From contig RQSC01000456.1 of the NCBI GenBank assembly GCA_013416795.1, positions 12,192-53,876 on the forward strand: a stretch of 41,685 bases of DNA. The letters run 5' to 3'. Source of the DNA: Prasinococcaceae sp. CCMP 1430. Taxonomy: Eukaryota > Plantae > Prasinodermophyta. The notes beneath the pieces are model-generated. The model did not search any database. It saw only the letters and a program-made list of their open reading frames with translations, and was not told the DNA's origin. The translations under genes and the position numbers were made by a program. This document shows positions 41,402-41,685 of this stretch, piece by piece. Position 1 is the stretch's first letter. Each line of letters starts with the position of its first letter.

Positions 41402-41685
41402 TGCGTACCAAGAGATCTCCCGTGGGCTCAGTACATGTACTGCACATGCTTTGGTGCTTTCCATATTTTGAGTGCGTTTTGATGGCGGGCGGTCGAACGC
41501 GCGATTCAAACGCGCGCGGCGCTCGCGGGCGCGCCACAGAGCGGCGGCGAGGCGGGTGGGGGTGGGGTGGTTGGGGGTGGTGGGGGTGGTGGCGGTGGTG
41601 GCGGTGGCAGGGAGTTGGCGCGTCCTCGGCGAGTCGCGGCGCCGGCTTCGGCGCCGGCCGCGGCGATGGGCGCCTCGGGCGCCTC

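Noticed and set aside
194-41509. Many long overlapping or antisense ORFs in the track (e.g. 1412..2593, 21067..23130, 29761..31452, 35513..37144)
   Set aside because: Arg/Ala/Pro-rich shadows of real genes; stop codons are scarce at this GC content, and no domain motifs are present.
41550-41612. G-rich tracts (also the C-rich 3230-3262) as G-quadruplex elements
   Set aside because: Expected frequently at this GC content; may simply encode poly-Pro on the minus strand at the window edge.

Overview
Eukaryotic, very GC-rich, gene-dense draft scaffold. It looks like an early-diverging (prasinophyte-like) green alga; this is inferred from a thylakoid FKBP20-2, a plastid-type RsmB, a group C bZIP, short GT-AG introns with RCTGAC branch points, and TTTAGGG-type motifs. 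About 19 protein genes or partial genes are supported: a 2OG-Fe(II) oxygenase fragment, mL40, a single-TM green-lineage protein, FKBP20-2, profilin, an SGNH-esterase/LOV fusion, NSUN2/Trm4, a PKD2-like channel, a ZIP transporter, EFL1, SRP14, TMCO1, a group C bZIP, C10/C12orf57, RsmB, a methyltransferase-MYND protein, carboxypeptidase D, RecQ, CEP76 and ALG9. There are two N-gaps and five single-N joins, and several 5' ends are missing. No rRNA, tRNA, CRISPR or transposon was seen. The standout is an uninterrupted ORF (5020-6417, minus) fusing an intact PAF-acetylhydrolase-Ib-like SGNH esterase to a C-terminal LOV domain with its photoactive Cys, i.e. a candidate blue-light-regulated esterase. 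Secondary signals are a recurrent RTCAAATYG promoter motif, an unusual PKD2-like channel and a group C bZIP retaining SnRK1-type sites.
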